A stretch of 64,000 nt of DNA from Spirochaetia bacterium (GCA_965203055.1 OZ241863.1:1632001-1696000); one strand, 5' to 3'. Shown: positions 37,143 to 46,907, counted from the stretch's first letter. Made by a program: numbers and translations. The notes: generated by a model not told the origin, from the sequence alone.

Positions 37143-37294
37143 CCGGCCCACGAACCGCAGCCCCTCGACGTAGCCGCCCCGTCCCCGGCCCACGAACCGG
37201 GCCCCACCTTCGCTCTCCCCCGCCCCCTGTTTCACCGTGCGCCGCGCGTGCCCCGGCGACCAAGTGGCGTCATCACGGCACAGGCGCGCCGTGG

Positions 37295-37684
37295 CTACTG
37301 GCTTTCGGCGGTCGCTGATTCCGGGTCCAGGATGGTCTCGATGCGCACCAAGCGCTTGTCGATGGCATGGAGTTCGGCGCGCAGGGTCTCGACGGCGTCA
37401 CCCACCTTGCCTATGTCGGCGCCCACTTCGGCGCGCAGGGTCTCGACGGCGTCACCTACCTTGCCTACGTTGGCGCCCACTTCGGCGCGCAGGGTCTGTA
37501 TCTCGACACGCACGGCCTGGATGCTGCCGTTCGTACTGCCGTTCGTCGTGAGTATGACGAAAAGGACCGGTCCCATGACGGCAGCGACCGCTACCATTAA
37601 CTGAATGATGGTAGCCCAGTCGATCCGAAACATCAGACGCTGCGCAGATTGGGGTTCCGTGCCGGGCGCCAACGGGGGTTCCAT
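37295..37684 (-). CDS. Small membrane protein with N-terminal TM helix and 18-aa coiled-coil repeats
   Basis: RBS AGAGGGAG; TM IIQLMVAVAAVMGPVLFVIL; (TLRAEVGAxxGKVGDAVE) x2.3; IDKRLVRIE. Confidence 0.7.
   Translation of the reverse strand: MEPPLAPGTEPQSAQRLMFRIDWATIIQLMVAVAAVMGPVLFVILTTNGSTNGSIQAVRVEIQTLRAEVGANVGKVGDAVETLRAEVGADIGKVGDAVETLRAELHAIDKRLVRIETILDPESATAESQ
37373..37497. repeat. 54-bp tandem repeat, ~2.3 copies
   Basis: TTCGGCGCGCAGGGTCT recurs at 37373, 37427 and 37481. Confidence 0.9.
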
Positions 37685-37932
37685 CGTTCGCTCTCCCTCT
37701 ACAGGCGCCCGGTCGGCCAAGTTCGCCGTCTTCATGCCGGCCTTCCTGTCGCGCGGCTCATCCGCCCAGGAACGAGGTGCAGCCGTAGGGGGCGATCCTG
37801 CCGTCCGGCATTGGCCAAGACCGACACGCGCAACGGGCGATCCAGGCACTCCAGGCGACCACGGCAACGGGTCCTGTCGGGCACTCCTGCCTCCTCTCCC
37901 ACGGCACCATACTTACCTAAACGCATATGTGT

Positions 37933-38825
37933 ATACGGCACGACGTGATCGATCTGCAGCATGTGTTGGGAGCCGTAGCGGCGCCCGCTGGTGCGGTCCA
38001 CGTAGCGGCAGCGGCCGCGGTCGCGCCGCCAGCCAGACCGCGCGCTTGACCGCCGCCGAGGTGGCGCGGCCGGTCACGCCGCCCGCCTTCGCTGCCGAAG
38101 TCCGGGTGCGCGGCGGCGGCGCAGCCCGCCGGCCGGGCGTTGCGTCTTCGGCGCCGAAGTGGCGTCGGTCGCCGGCTTCGCTGCGGAAGTGTCCGGGCGG
38201 TCAGCGGCTTCGTCGTCCGGCTGCGCCGGCGCCTGAGCCGATACCTTCGCCGCCGGAGGAGCGGCGCTGTCCGCGCCGGCCTCCTGGGCAGCGCCGCGAG
38301 CCGAAACCGCCTGCGTCTTCGCCGCCGAAGTTTGCTCGGCGCCTTTGGCCGGCGCGGCGCGCCGCCCGCGCGGCGGCCGGGCCGGATCGTGGCGGTCGAG
38401 CCCAAGACCGACACGCGCCTGGCGGCCTGCCGGCGCAACGCGCTGTTCAACCCGCATCAAGGCGCTATCGAGCCCCTGGCGGACGCCGGCTCCGAGGGAA
38501 CGCTCGCTGCTCGGGCCGCCCATGAGCGCTTCGACCGCTTGACCAATCGGCTGACGAGGGGCTAGATTCATGGCATCCGCCCCTTGGCAGTACGCCTCGC
38601 TCCCAGTCGAAAGACTGGCCATCATGAGCGGCGCCGATCCCTTGGGGCCTTCCCTTCTTCTTACGGCCCCAGGCGGCCTCATCGATCTCGTAGTCGAGGA
38701 GGAGGTCGCAGGCGGTGGCAACGTCGCTCCATCCGCAGGCGTCGAGCGGGGCGCGGTGTGTGGCGGTACTCGTAGTAGCCTTCCGGCGGCTTCGAGGGCG
38801 GATCGGTACCAACAAATTGGAAGTG
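37933..38825 (-). repeat. Composite dispersed repeat copy B (degraded: leader + RM tail fragment + HNH remnant)
   Basis: Minus strand starts CACTTCCAATTTGTTGGTACCGAT; encodes LDACGWSDVATACDLLLDYEIDEAAWGRKKK; 38400-37933 matches the HNH body (DRHDPARPPRG...GRRYGSQHMLQIDHVVPY) with frameshifts. Confidence 0.85.
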
Positions 38826-39002
38826 TTCCCCCTGTCGCCCGCTTCAGAGGGGGTTGCGCCTGCCGGATAGGCGCACTTACCATTAGCGCGCGGCATGCCG
38901 ACCCCTTTGCGGGGCGGTTGGGCGATGCGGCATCCGAACATGGAGAACTGCGGTGAGCGCACGAGGAGCCGGCTCGATGGACGCTGACGGCGTAGGCCGT
39001 CG

Positions 39003-39269
39003 ATGAATGATGGCGGTGTTGCGGCCATGAACAAGTTGGCGGCCTTCCGACAGGAAGCGTCGGTCGGCGCCCGCGTAACGCTTCGCCTCACGCGTGGAGA
39101 AGACGTCTCCGGTCGCGTCGCGCAGCTTGACAAGGTAGTTGTCCGGGCAAACGTCGGAGAGTTCGCCTCGATCGGTTGCAGGCGGAGGGAGCTGCCGCGC
39201 GATACTGGAACGGTACGAGCAGTGGAAATCGGCCGACCGGCCGCGCAGATGAGTAACTTGGGAAGTTGA
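39003..39269 (+). other. Short ORF, possibly the 5' remnant of a larger gene
   Basis: MNKLAAFRQEASVGARVTLRLTRGEDVSGRVAQLD looks coding and ends inside the right direct repeat; no family recognised. Confidence 0.3.
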
Positions 39270-39303
39270 GTAACGACGCGCCAGCCACCAACCTGTTTCA
39301 ACG
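39253..39303 (+). repeat. ~50-bp imperfect direct repeat, right copy (partner 35148-35198)
   Basis: GTAACTTGGGAAGTTGAGTAACGACGCGCCAGCCACCAACCTGTTTCAACG. Confidence 0.7.
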
Positions 39304-39304
39304 C

Positions 39305-39763
39305 ATGACGGTAGTCAAAGTGAATGCGTCGCAGGCGGAGGAACTGGCCGATCTGAACCGGCAGCTCCTCGAGGACGAGCGGCATCCCGAGTCGATGACC
39401 CGCGCCGAGCTCGCCGCGCGCATGGCGTCCTGGTTGCGGGAAGACCACACCTGCTACGTGGCGCGTCGGGCCGGGGCGACCGTCGGCTATTGCCTGTTCC
39501 GTGACGCCGGAAGGTATTTCTACCTGCGGCAGCTCTTCATCGCCCGCAGCCACCGGCGCCGCGGCCTCGCCACCGCGCTGCTGGACTGGATGTACGCGCA
39601 CGTCTGGGACGGGAAACCGGTGCGGCTCGACGTGTTCGCCCACAACGAACAGGCCGTCGCCTTCTACCAAGCCTACGGCTTTCGGGTCGCAGTGCTGCGG
39701 ATGGAGAGGCGACCGGTGCCGTGCTGCGCCGGGCGGGCATCGACCCGGAACAGGGGTGAGTGA
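39305..39763 (+). CDS. GNAT family N-acetyltransferase
   Basis: YLRQLFIARSHRRRGLATALL, NEQAVAFYQAYGF. Confidence 0.85.
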   Translation: MTVVKVNASQAEELADLNRQLLEDERHPESMTRAELAARMASWLREDHTCYVARRAGATVGYCLFRDAGRYFYLRQLFIARSHRRRGLATALLDWMYAHVWDGKPVRLDVFAHNEQAVAFYQAYGFRVAVLRMERRPVPCCAGRASTRNRGE

Positions 39764-40461
39764 GCGCCCGCTTGGCGCGCGCCGCGGCCATGAACGTGGT
39801 CACGCCGGCCGGCGGCCCCCCTGCCCTGCGGTCACCGGGGGCGGCGCTGGGGCGGATCGCGCTGCTGTACCCGTTGGTGATGCTGCCGGCGGGCGCGCTT
39901 GGCCTGCCGCGCACGCTGCTCACCGGCGCCGCGTTGGCCGCGCTGCAGACCGGCATGCTGGTGTTGGTCATGGCGCGCGACCGGAGCCGCGCCCGGTTCG
40001 GCTGGCGCCCGCGCCGGCGCGACGCCGCCGAAGCCGGGATCATCGCCGCCGGATTGCTGGCCCTGCTGGCGCTGGTGACGCTCCTGGCGGGCCTGGTGCC
40101 GGAGCCGGCGCGCGAGGCGCTGCTGCGCGGCTACCGCTGGGAGCTGCAAGGCGCCGCCCAGGTGCCGGCGGCCCTGGCGTTCGTGCTGGTCAGCGCCTAC
40201 CGCGAGGAACTCTACTTCCGCGCCTACGTCCTTACCCTCCTGGCGGAGACCGCCACCCCGGCATGGCTGGCGGCGCTCACCTCGGCGCTGCTGTTCGGCG
40301 TCGGACACCTGTACCAGGGCTGGCTGGCCGCCGGCAGCGCGCTGCTGATCGGCATTGCCTTCGCCCTGCTCTACCAGCGCCGGCCGGCGCTGCACCGGCT
40401 GGCATGGGCGCACGCGGCCTTCAACCTGACCGTGCTGAGCGCCACCCTGTTCACCGCCTGA
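39760..40461 (+). CDS. CPBP (Abi/CAAX-like) intramembrane metalloprotease
   Basis: Multi-TM; EELYFRAY, LFGVGHLYQG, HAAFN. Confidence 0.88.
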   Translation: MSARLARAAAMNVVTPAGGPPALRSPGAALGRIALLYPLVMLPAGALGLPRTLLTGAALAALQTGMLVLVMARDRSRARFGWRPRRRDAAEAGIIAAGLLALLALVTLLAGLVPEPAREALLRGYRWELQGAAQVPAALAFVLVSAYREELYFRAYVLTLLAETATPAWLAALTSALLFGVGHLYQGWLAAGSALLIGIAFALLYQRRPALHRLAWAHAAFNLTVLSATLFTA

Positions 40462-40559
40462 CGGCTCCGCTACTATTCGAACGCCGGGCCGCCCGCGCCG
40501 GGAACGCGCGCGGGCCGCGCCGGCTGCCGACCCTGAGCGTGAAGCAAAGCAGCGGAGCA

Positions 40560-41225
40560 TTGAACGCAGTGCGCAGACTCGCCGGCGGCGCCGCCCTCCG
40601 GCGGTCGCTGGCGTTGCTGCTGGCCTGCCTCGCCGCCGCCAGCGGCGCGGCCTTCGGGCAGCGCGAGGCCGCGGCCCCGGAGCCGCGGCCCGCGGCGGCG
40701 CCGCCGGCGGATGCTGCGGACGCGCCCCCGCCCGCCGACACCGTCGACGCACGGATGCGGGAACTGGGCTTCCAGTTGCCGCGCCGCGCCGTGCAGGCGG
40801 CGAGCTTCGACCTGCACGACCTCGCCGGCGCCACCCACTCGCTCGACGCCTACCGCGGTTCGGTGGTGTTCCTCAACTTCTGGGCTACGTGGTGCGGCCC
40901 GTGCCGCACCGAAATGCCGGCCATGCAGGAGCTGCATGAACGCCTCGCCGCCGGCGCCGACTTCGTCATGCTCGCCGTCAACCTGCAGGAGGACGCCGCG
41001 CAGGTGCGGCGCTTCGCCGACGACATGGGCCTGTCGTTCCAGATCCTGCTCGACAGCAGCGGCGAAACTGCCGCCGCCTACGGGGCGCGCACCTTGCCGA
41101 TGAGCTACCTGATCGACAAGGACGGATCGATCCTGGCGCGCGTCATCGGCATCCGCAGTTGGGACCAGCCGGAATTCGAGCGCCTCTTCCGCTCCCTCGC
41201 CGACCGCCCGCCGGCGCCCGGCTGA
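40560..41225 (+). CDS. TlpA/ResA-family thiol-disulfide oxidoreductase
   Basis: Signal peptide; FLNFWATWCGPCRTEMP, LPMSYLIDKDG; start uncertain. Confidence 0.9.
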   Translation: MNAVRRLAGGAALRRSLALLLACLAAASGAAFGQREAAAPEPRPAAAPPADAADAPPPADTVDARMRELGFQLPRRAVQAASFDLHDLAGATHSLDAYRGSVVFLNFWATWCGPCRTEMPAMQELHERLAAGADFVMLAVNLQEDAAQVRRFADDMGLSFQILLDSSGETAAAYGARTLPMSYLIDKDGSILARVIGIRSWDQPEFERLFRSLADRPPAPG

Positions 41226-41312
41226 GGAGCGCCCGCGCCGGTCTTTACATCGCCCCGCGCACGGTGTACAAATGGGTCCGGGCGGAGCGCCCCGTGACGG
41301 AAACTCGATAGC

Positions 41313-42542
41313 ATGGAGCAATCAACTACGAGCAGCAGCGCAGTCGACCTGTTCCGCAAGGTGCGGTCCTTCGAGGAGCACAAGGCTGCCAAGATAGCGG
41401 CCATCGGCTTCTACCCCTACTACACCGCGATTCAGGAAAATCGCGGTTCGCGCGTCGTCATCGACGGCCGCGAGCTGATCATGATCGGGTCGAACAACTA
41501 CCTTGGCCTCTCCTGGGACCGGCGCGTCATCGAGGCGGCGATCGAGGCTACCCGCCGCTACGGCACCAGTTGCTCCGGGTCGCGCTTCCTCAACGGCACC
41601 CTGCGCCTCCACGAGGAGCTGGAAGAGGAGCTGGCGGACTTCGTGAGCAAGCCGGCCGCGCTGTGCTTCACCACCGGCTACCAGACCAACCTGGGCGCGC
41701 TGCAGGCGCTTGCCGGGCGCCGCGACCACGTGTTCTCCGACCGCCTCAATCACGGCTCGCTGGTGGACGGCATGCTGCTGGCCGCGGGCACCACCGGCGG
41801 CACCCGCATCCACCGCTACCACCACAACGATCTCGACGAGCTGGAGCGCCTGCTGCGCTCGGTGGAGGGCGGCGGCAAGCTGATCGTGACCGACGGGGTG
41901 TTTTCCATGGAAGGAGACATCGCCCCGTTGCCGGAGATCGGCGCGCTCGCGCGCCGTTACGGCGCCCGCCTGTACGTGGACGAAGCGCACGCGCTGGGGG
42001 TGATCGGCGCGACCGGGCGCGGTTCGCAGGAGCACTTCGACTGCCATGACGCCGCCGACTTGCTGATGTGCACCTTTTCCAAGTCGTTCGGAGCCGTCGG
42101 CGGCTTCATCGCCGGCGCCGCGGAGGTGGTCGACTACGTCAAGCACCACGCCCGTTCGTTCATCTTCAGCGCCAGCATGGCGCCGGGCACCATTGCCGCG
42201 GTGGCCGCGGCCCTGCGCATCATGAAGGAGGAACCGCAGCACGTGCAGCGCCTGCAGGCAATCGGCGCGCGCATGATCGGCGAGTTCAAGCGGCTGGGAT
42301 TCGACGTCGGGAAGACGGAGACCCCGATCGTGCCCCTCGTGATCGGCGACGACGTGCTCACCTTCCAGTATTACCGCGCCCTCCTGGAGCACGGGGTCTA
42401 CGCCAATCCCGTGGTGAGCCCGGCCGCCCCTCCCGGCGGGGCGCTGATTCGCACCTCCTACATGGCGATTCACAGCGACGACGAGTTGGACCGCGCCCTG
42501 GAAGTGTGCGCCACCCAGGCGCGGGCGCTGGGGATCATCTGA
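41313..42542 (+). CDS. Alpha-oxoamine synthase, serine palmitoyltransferase-like
   Basis: FYPYY N-terminus, GSNNYLGL, GSRFLNGT, DGVFSMEGD, DEAH, CTFSKS (PLP lysine), ARSFIFSAS. Confidence 0.85.
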   Translation: MEQSTTSSSAVDLFRKVRSFEEHKAAKIAAIGFYPYYTAIQENRGSRVVIDGRELIMIGSNNYLGLSWDRRVIEAAIEATRRYGTSCSGSRFLNGTLRLHEELEEELADFVSKPAALCFTTGYQTNLGALQALAGRRDHVFSDRLNHGSLVDGMLLAAGTTGGTRIHRYHHNDLDELERLLRSVEGGGKLIVTDGVFSMEGDIAPLPEIGALARRYGARLYVDEAHALGVIGATGRGSQEHFDCHDAADLLMCTFSKSFGAVGGFIAGAAEVVDYVKHHARSFIFSASMAPGTIAAVAAALRIMKEEPQHVQRLQAIGARMIGEFKRLGFDVGKTETPIVPLVIGDDVLTFQYYRALLEHGVYANPVVSPAAPPGGALIRTSYMAIHSDDELDRALEVCATQARALGII

Positions 42543-42544
42543 CC

Positions 42545-42973
42545 ATGCCGCCGATCACCGAGCTGATTCCCCACCGCTACCCGTTTCTGCTGGTGGACCG
42601 CATCGAGCGGGCCGATGCCGAGGAAATCGTGGGCTACAAGCGGTTCACCGCCGACGAGCCGTTCTTCGCCGGGCACTTTCCCGGCTATCCGGTGGTGCCC
42701 GGGGTCCTGCTGGTGGAGTGCATGGCGCAGACCGGCGGCGCCGGAGTGGCCGCCATGGGCGGTCTCGACGAGGCGGGGGGTGAGCCCGGGGTGACCTTCC
42801 TGGCCAGCGTAGACAAGGCCCGGTTTCGCCGCCAGGTGCGCCCGGGCGACGAGGTGCGCGTCGTGGTCACCACCAGACGGCGCAGCCGCAATGCCATTCG
42901 GCAAAGCGGCAAGGTCTACCTGGGCGATCAGTTGGCAGCCGAGGCTGAGTGGCTTTGTCTGCGCGGAGCATGA
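42545..42973 (+). CDS. fabZ: 3-hydroxyacyl-ACP dehydratase FabZ family
   Basis: LIPHRYPFLLVDRI, FFAGHFPGYPVVPGVLLVECMAQ, ARFRRQVRPGD. Confidence 0.93.
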   Translation: MPPITELIPHRYPFLLVDRIERADAEEIVGYKRFTADEPFFAGHFPGYPVVPGVLLVECMAQTGGAGVAAMGGLDEAGGEPGVTFLASVDKARFRRQVRPGDEVRVVVTTRRRSRNAIRQSGKVYLGDQLAAEAEWLCLRGA

Positions 42974-44889
42974 CCATGCAAGATCAAGATACCGTTTCGC
43001 AGCGCCTGCTGCGCGTCGCCGACGCTCACCGCGATGCCGTCGCGGTGCTCAGCAAGGACGCCGGCGATACCTTTCAACCGGCCAGCTACCGGGAGCTGCG
43101 GTCCGAGATTGCCGCGGTGGCGGCCGGACTGGCGGCCCACGGGGTGGCGCGCGGCGATCACGTCGGCCTGATCTGCGACACGCGCAAGGAGTGGCTGCTG
43201 GTCGATCAGGCGTTGCTCGGGCTGGGCGCGGTCGACGTGCCGCGCGGCAGCGACTCCACGGGCGATGAAATCGCCTACATCCTGGACCACGCCGACTGCA
43301 AGACCACCTGCGTCGAGAACGCCGCGCAGCTCGCCAAGTTGACCGGCATCAAGGAGCGCCTGCCGCAACTCGGCAGTGCCATCGTCCTGGACGCGGCGGA
43401 GCTCACCGCGGCCAATCGCGCCGCGGCCAAGTCCCGCGGGCTGCAGGTGGTCACCCTGGATGACCTGATCCGTTCCGGCGGCGGCGAGCAGGCGGAGGCG
43501 CTGTTCCGCGCCGAAGCGGCGCAGGGCAAGCCGGACGACGTGGCCACCATCATCTACACCTCGGGCACCACCGGCGAGCCCAAGGGGGTGATGCTCACCC
43601 ACGCCAACTTCATCTACCAGATCGACGCCATTCCCGACTCGGTGCCGATCGGGCGCGGCGACATGCTGCTGTCGGTGCTGCCGGTGTGGCATTCCTACGA
43701 ACGCATCATCGAGTACGCGGCGCTGTTTTCCGGCGCCGGAATCGCCTACTCGAAGCCGATCCGGGAGGTGATGCTGGCCGATCTGGTGGCCGCCAACCCG
43801 ACCTTCTTCCCTACCGTCCCGCGCATCTGGGAGGGGGTTCGCGCCGGCGTGTACCGCAACGTGGAGGCCGAGGGCGGCGTCAAGGCGGCGCTGTTCAAGT
43901 TCTTCATCGCGGTGGGAGCCGCCCACAGCGGGCTGCAGCGGCGGCTGCTAGGGCGAATGCCGTGTTTCACCGTGCGCCCGCGGGCGCTGGACGTGCTGGC
44001 CGCCGCGCTTCCGCTGGCCCTGCTGACGCCGCTGGCGCTGCTGGGCAAGGTACTGGTGTTCAGCAAGATCACCGCGCGCCTGGGAACCCGCTTCAAGGCC
44101 GGCATCTCCGGCGCGGGAGCGCTGCCGGGATACGTGGACGACTTCTTCGCCGCGGCCGGCATTCTGGTGCTGGAAGGCTACGGGCTTACCGAGGCGGCGC
44201 CGGTGGTGTCGGTGCGCAAGCTGGACCATCCGGTCAGCGGCACGGTGGGACCGCCGCTCACCGGCACCGAGGTGAAGGTGATCAAGGAGGACGGCGCGTC
44301 CGCGCTGCCGGGCGAACGCGGGGTGATCCACGTGCGCGGCCCGCAGGTGATGAAAGGGTATTACAAACGCCCGGGCGACACCGCGGCGGTGCTGTCCGCC
44401 GACGGCTGGTTGGACACCGGCGACATCGGCACCCTCACGGTGAACGGCGAAATCCAGATTACCGGACGGGCCAAGGACACCATCGTGCTCCTGGGCGGCG
44501 AGAACGTCGAGCCGGAGCCGATCGAGGACCTGGTGCGGCAGTCGGACTACATCGACCACGTCATGGTGGTGGGCCAGGATCAGCGGTTCCTCGGCGCCCT
44601 GGTGGTTCCCAATGCGGAAGCGGCCGCGGCCTACGCCGCCGAGCACGGCGGTTCCGGCGGCGACTTGGCCGCGCTGGCCGCCAGCCCCGAGGTGCAACGC
44701 CTGATTCAGAACGAGGTGCAGAGCCGCGTGAACGCTAGGAACGGATTCAAGAGCTTCGAACGCATCGCGCGCATCGCGCTCCTCGATCAGCCGTTCGCGG
44801 TCGGCGAGCAACTCACCCACACGCTGAAGATGCGCCGCCACGTAATCTCCGCCCAGTACGAGCAACGGATCGCCGGCTTGTTCAAGTGA
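42970..44889 (+). CDS. fadD: Long-chain fatty acid-CoA ligase (FAA1-type)
   Basis: IYTSGTTGEPKGVMLTH, EGYGLTE, WLDTGDIG, GRAKDTIVL.GGENVEP, LTHTLKMRR. Confidence 0.92.
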   Translation: MTMQDQDTVSQRLLRVADAHRDAVAVLSKDAGDTFQPASYRELRSEIAAVAAGLAAHGVARGDHVGLICDTRKEWLLVDQALLGLGAVDVPRGSDSTGDEIAYILDHADCKTTCVENAAQLAKLTGIKERLPQLGSAIVLDAAELTAANRAAAKSRGLQVVTLDDLIRSGGGEQAEALFRAEAAQGKPDDVATIIYTSGTTGEPKGVMLTHANFIYQIDAIPDSVPIGRGDMLLSVLPVWHSYERIIEYAALFSGAGIAYSKPIREVMLADLVAANPTFFPTVPRIWEGVRAGVYRNVEAEGGVKAALFKFFIAVGAAHSGLQRRLLGRMPCFTVRPRALDVLAAALPLALLTPLALLGKVLVFSKITARLGTRFKAGISGAGALPGYVDDFFAAAGILVLEGYGLTEAAPVVSVRKLDHPVSGTVGPPLTGTEVKVIKEDGASALPGERGVIHVRGPQVMKGYYKRPGDTAAVLSADGWLDTGDIGTLTVNGEIQITGRAKDTIVLLGGENVEPEPIEDLVRQSDYIDHVMVVGQDQRFLGALVVPNAEAAAAYAAEHGGSGGDLAALAASPEVQRLIQNEVQSRVNARNGFKSFERIARIALLDQPFAVGEQLTHTLKMRRHVISAQYEQRIAGLFK

Positions 44890-44911
44890 TGCCGCGCCGC
44901 GGAGACCCGGC

Positions 44912-46087
44912 GTGGCTCCGGTAGTAGTCTACCTCACCGGCTTCCGCCAGCACGCCGGCAAGACGGTCACCAGTCTCGGCATCATCTCGCAGCTCCGCAA
45001 GCACCTGGAGCCGAGCGAAATCGGCTACCTCAAGCCGGTCGGCCAGCAACTGGTCCGCGACGCCAAGGGCATCGTGGTGGACAAGGACGTGGAGCTGATC
45101 GGCGAATTCGCCCAACTGCCGGACCTGCCGCTGGCCAAGCTGTCTCCGGTGCGGTTTTCCGGGAACTTCACCCGCTCCTATCTCGACTCGCGGCATCGCG
45201 CGCGGCTCACCCGCGCCCTCTCCCTGGAAATCAACCGCTCCCTGGAACACCTCGCCGACCGGCGCATCGTCATCGCCGAAGGCTCGGGCCATCCCGGCGT
45301 GGGCAGCGTGGTCGGACTGTCCAACGCCGCGGTCGGCAAGCTGCTCGGCGCGGAGATCATCTTCGTCTCGGGCGGCGGCATCGGCCGCGCGCTGGATACC
45401 ATCGACGTGGACCTGACCTACTTCCTGCACCACGGCTGCCGGGTACGCGGTCTGCTGGTCAACAAGATCATCCCCGAGAAGGCCGCCCAGGTGCGCCGCT
45501 ACATTACCGAGGAGCTGATCAACGAGCGGTACGCCGCGGCCAACGGCTCCCCGTTGCACATCTTCGGCTACCTGCCGACGATTCCGGCCCTGCCGCGGCC
45601 CTCGATGCGGGTCATTCTCGGCGCCCTCCCCCACGTCGAGCCGTTGGGCGACTCCGAGGCGATCGCCTGGCGGCGCCCCTGCGCGGCGATCAAGCTGGTA
45701 TCCATACCGGCGCAGCATCTGAAGTCGCAGCTCCGCCACTACGTCGGCGCGGGAGACGTGCTGATCATCAGCGCCAGCTCCACGCCCCGCATCCACCAGA
45801 TCCTGGACTATCACGCCGCCATCCGGCATCGCGGCGGCATCGCCGGCCTGATCCTGACCTGCGGCGAAACCGAGCGGTTGGAGCCGGAGGTGCGTGACGC
45901 GCTGATTCGCGCCGGTCTGCCGACGCTGTACGTGCGGGAAGACTCCGCCGCCACCGAGGAGCGGTTGTTCCGGCTCTACGAGAACACCAAGCTGCAGGTC
46001 TACGACACCGGCAAGATCGAGGAAATCGAGCGCCTGTTCGAGGAGCACTTCGACATCGAGCGCTTCCTCGAACTGTTTCTGGGGTAA
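44912..46087 (+). CDS. BioD-like/AAA_26 + DRTGG-type protein (phosphotransacetylase N-terminal-like)
   Basis: QHAGKTVTSLG, YLKPVGQ, IAEGSGHPGVGSVVGLSNA, GGGIGRALD, GLILTCG. Confidence 0.8.
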   Translation: MAPVVVYLTGFRQHAGKTVTSLGIISQLRKHLEPSEIGYLKPVGQQLVRDAKGIVVDKDVELIGEFAQLPDLPLAKLSPVRFSGNFTRSYLDSRHRARLTRALSLEINRSLEHLADRRIVIAEGSGHPGVGSVVGLSNAAVGKLLGAEIIFVSGGGIGRALDTIDVDLTYFLHHGCRVRGLLVNKIIPEKAAQVRRYITEELINERYAAANGSPLHIFGYLPTIPALPRPSMRVILGALPHVEPLGDSEAIAWRRPCAAIKLVSIPAQHLKSQLRHYVGAGDVLIISASSTPRIHQILDYHAAIRHRGGIAGLILTCGETERLEPEVRDALIRAGLPTLYVREDSAATEERLFRLYENTKLQVYDTGKIEEIERLFEEHFDIERFLELFLG

Positions 46088-46097
46088 GGCGGCCGCG

Positions 46098-46574
46098 TTA
46101 CCGCCCGGGCGCGCCGCCGCCGGAGGCCGCCAGCGCGGCGATGGCCTGGGCCGCGTCAGCGGCGCCGCGCAGCCGGTTCAGCGCGGCCTCGTCCCGGACC
46201 AGAACCGCGATGGCGGTGATCAGCTCCAGATGGGGTTCCGGCGGCTCGACCGGCGACAGCACCAGGAAGATCACGTTCACCACGAACTGCAGGGTCGCGC
46301 CAAGGTGCAGGGACCGGCCCGGCGCCAGCACCCCCAGCGCCGCCACCGGGTGATTCAACTCCTCCAGCCGGGTGTGGACGATGCCGGCGCCGTTCCCCAC
46401 CAGGGTGGCCCGCAACGCGGCCTCCTCGGTGAGCCGCGCCAGGATCCGTTCGGGAGCGCTGAGGCCGGCCGCGGCCACGAGCCGTTCGACCAGTTGACTC
46501 AAGGCATCGTCATCGCCGGCCGCCTCGAGCGGCACCAGGACGACCTCGGGCGTGAGCGTCCGCGACAGATCCAT
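46098..46574 (-). CDS. PTS IIA-domain protein (nitrogen/fructose-type)
   Basis: TLVGNGAGIVHTR, VIFLVLSP, HLELITAIA. Confidence 0.75.
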   Translation of the reverse strand: MDLSRTLTPEVVLVPLEAAGDDDALSQLVERLVAAAGLSAPERILARLTEEAALRATLVGNGAGIVHTRLEELNHPVAALGVLAPGRSLHLGATLQFVVNVIFLVLSPVEPPEPHLELITAIAVLVRDEAALNRLRGAADAAQAIAALAASGGGAPGR

Positions 46575-46897
46575 CAAGCCCCGCCGCGGAACAGACCGAA
46601 CGCGAACGCCTCTTCCAGCTCGTCGAGCGCCACCTGCCCGGCGGCGTCGGTCTCGATGAGCGTGGCCATGTAGGCCATCCACTCATCCAGAATCGGCGCC
46701 TGGCGACTCTTCAGCCAATCCTCCTCGGTGGGCGCGACCGCGTGGATGATGAGGCGGTCGCCGTAGCGGTAGATCGCCATGCTCACCTGATTGTCGGTCA
46801 TGCTGCGCGCCACCTCGGGCCACAGCTCGTCATGGGCGCGGCGGTACTCGGCGTAGGCGCCGGGCCGGAGCTTCATCGCCAGACCAAGGGAATACAT
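46574..46897 (-). CDS. rhaM: L-rhamnose mutarotase family protein
   Basis: MKLRPGAYAEYRRAHDELWPEV, WMAYMA, LEEAFAF. Confidence 0.85.
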   Translation of the reverse strand: MYSLGLAMKLRPGAYAEYRRAHDELWPEVARSMTDNQVSMAIYRYGDRLIIHAVAPTEEDWLKSRQAPILDEWMAYMATLIETDAAGQVALDELEEAFAFGLFRGGA

Positions 46898-46907
46898 GCG
46901 CGTCTCT

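Noticed and set aside
38603..38618. c-di-GMP-I riboswitch suggested by the CCAGTC-GAAA-GACTGG hairpin
   Set aside because: The flanking GGCAAA and ACGCAAA elements and the second stem are absent.
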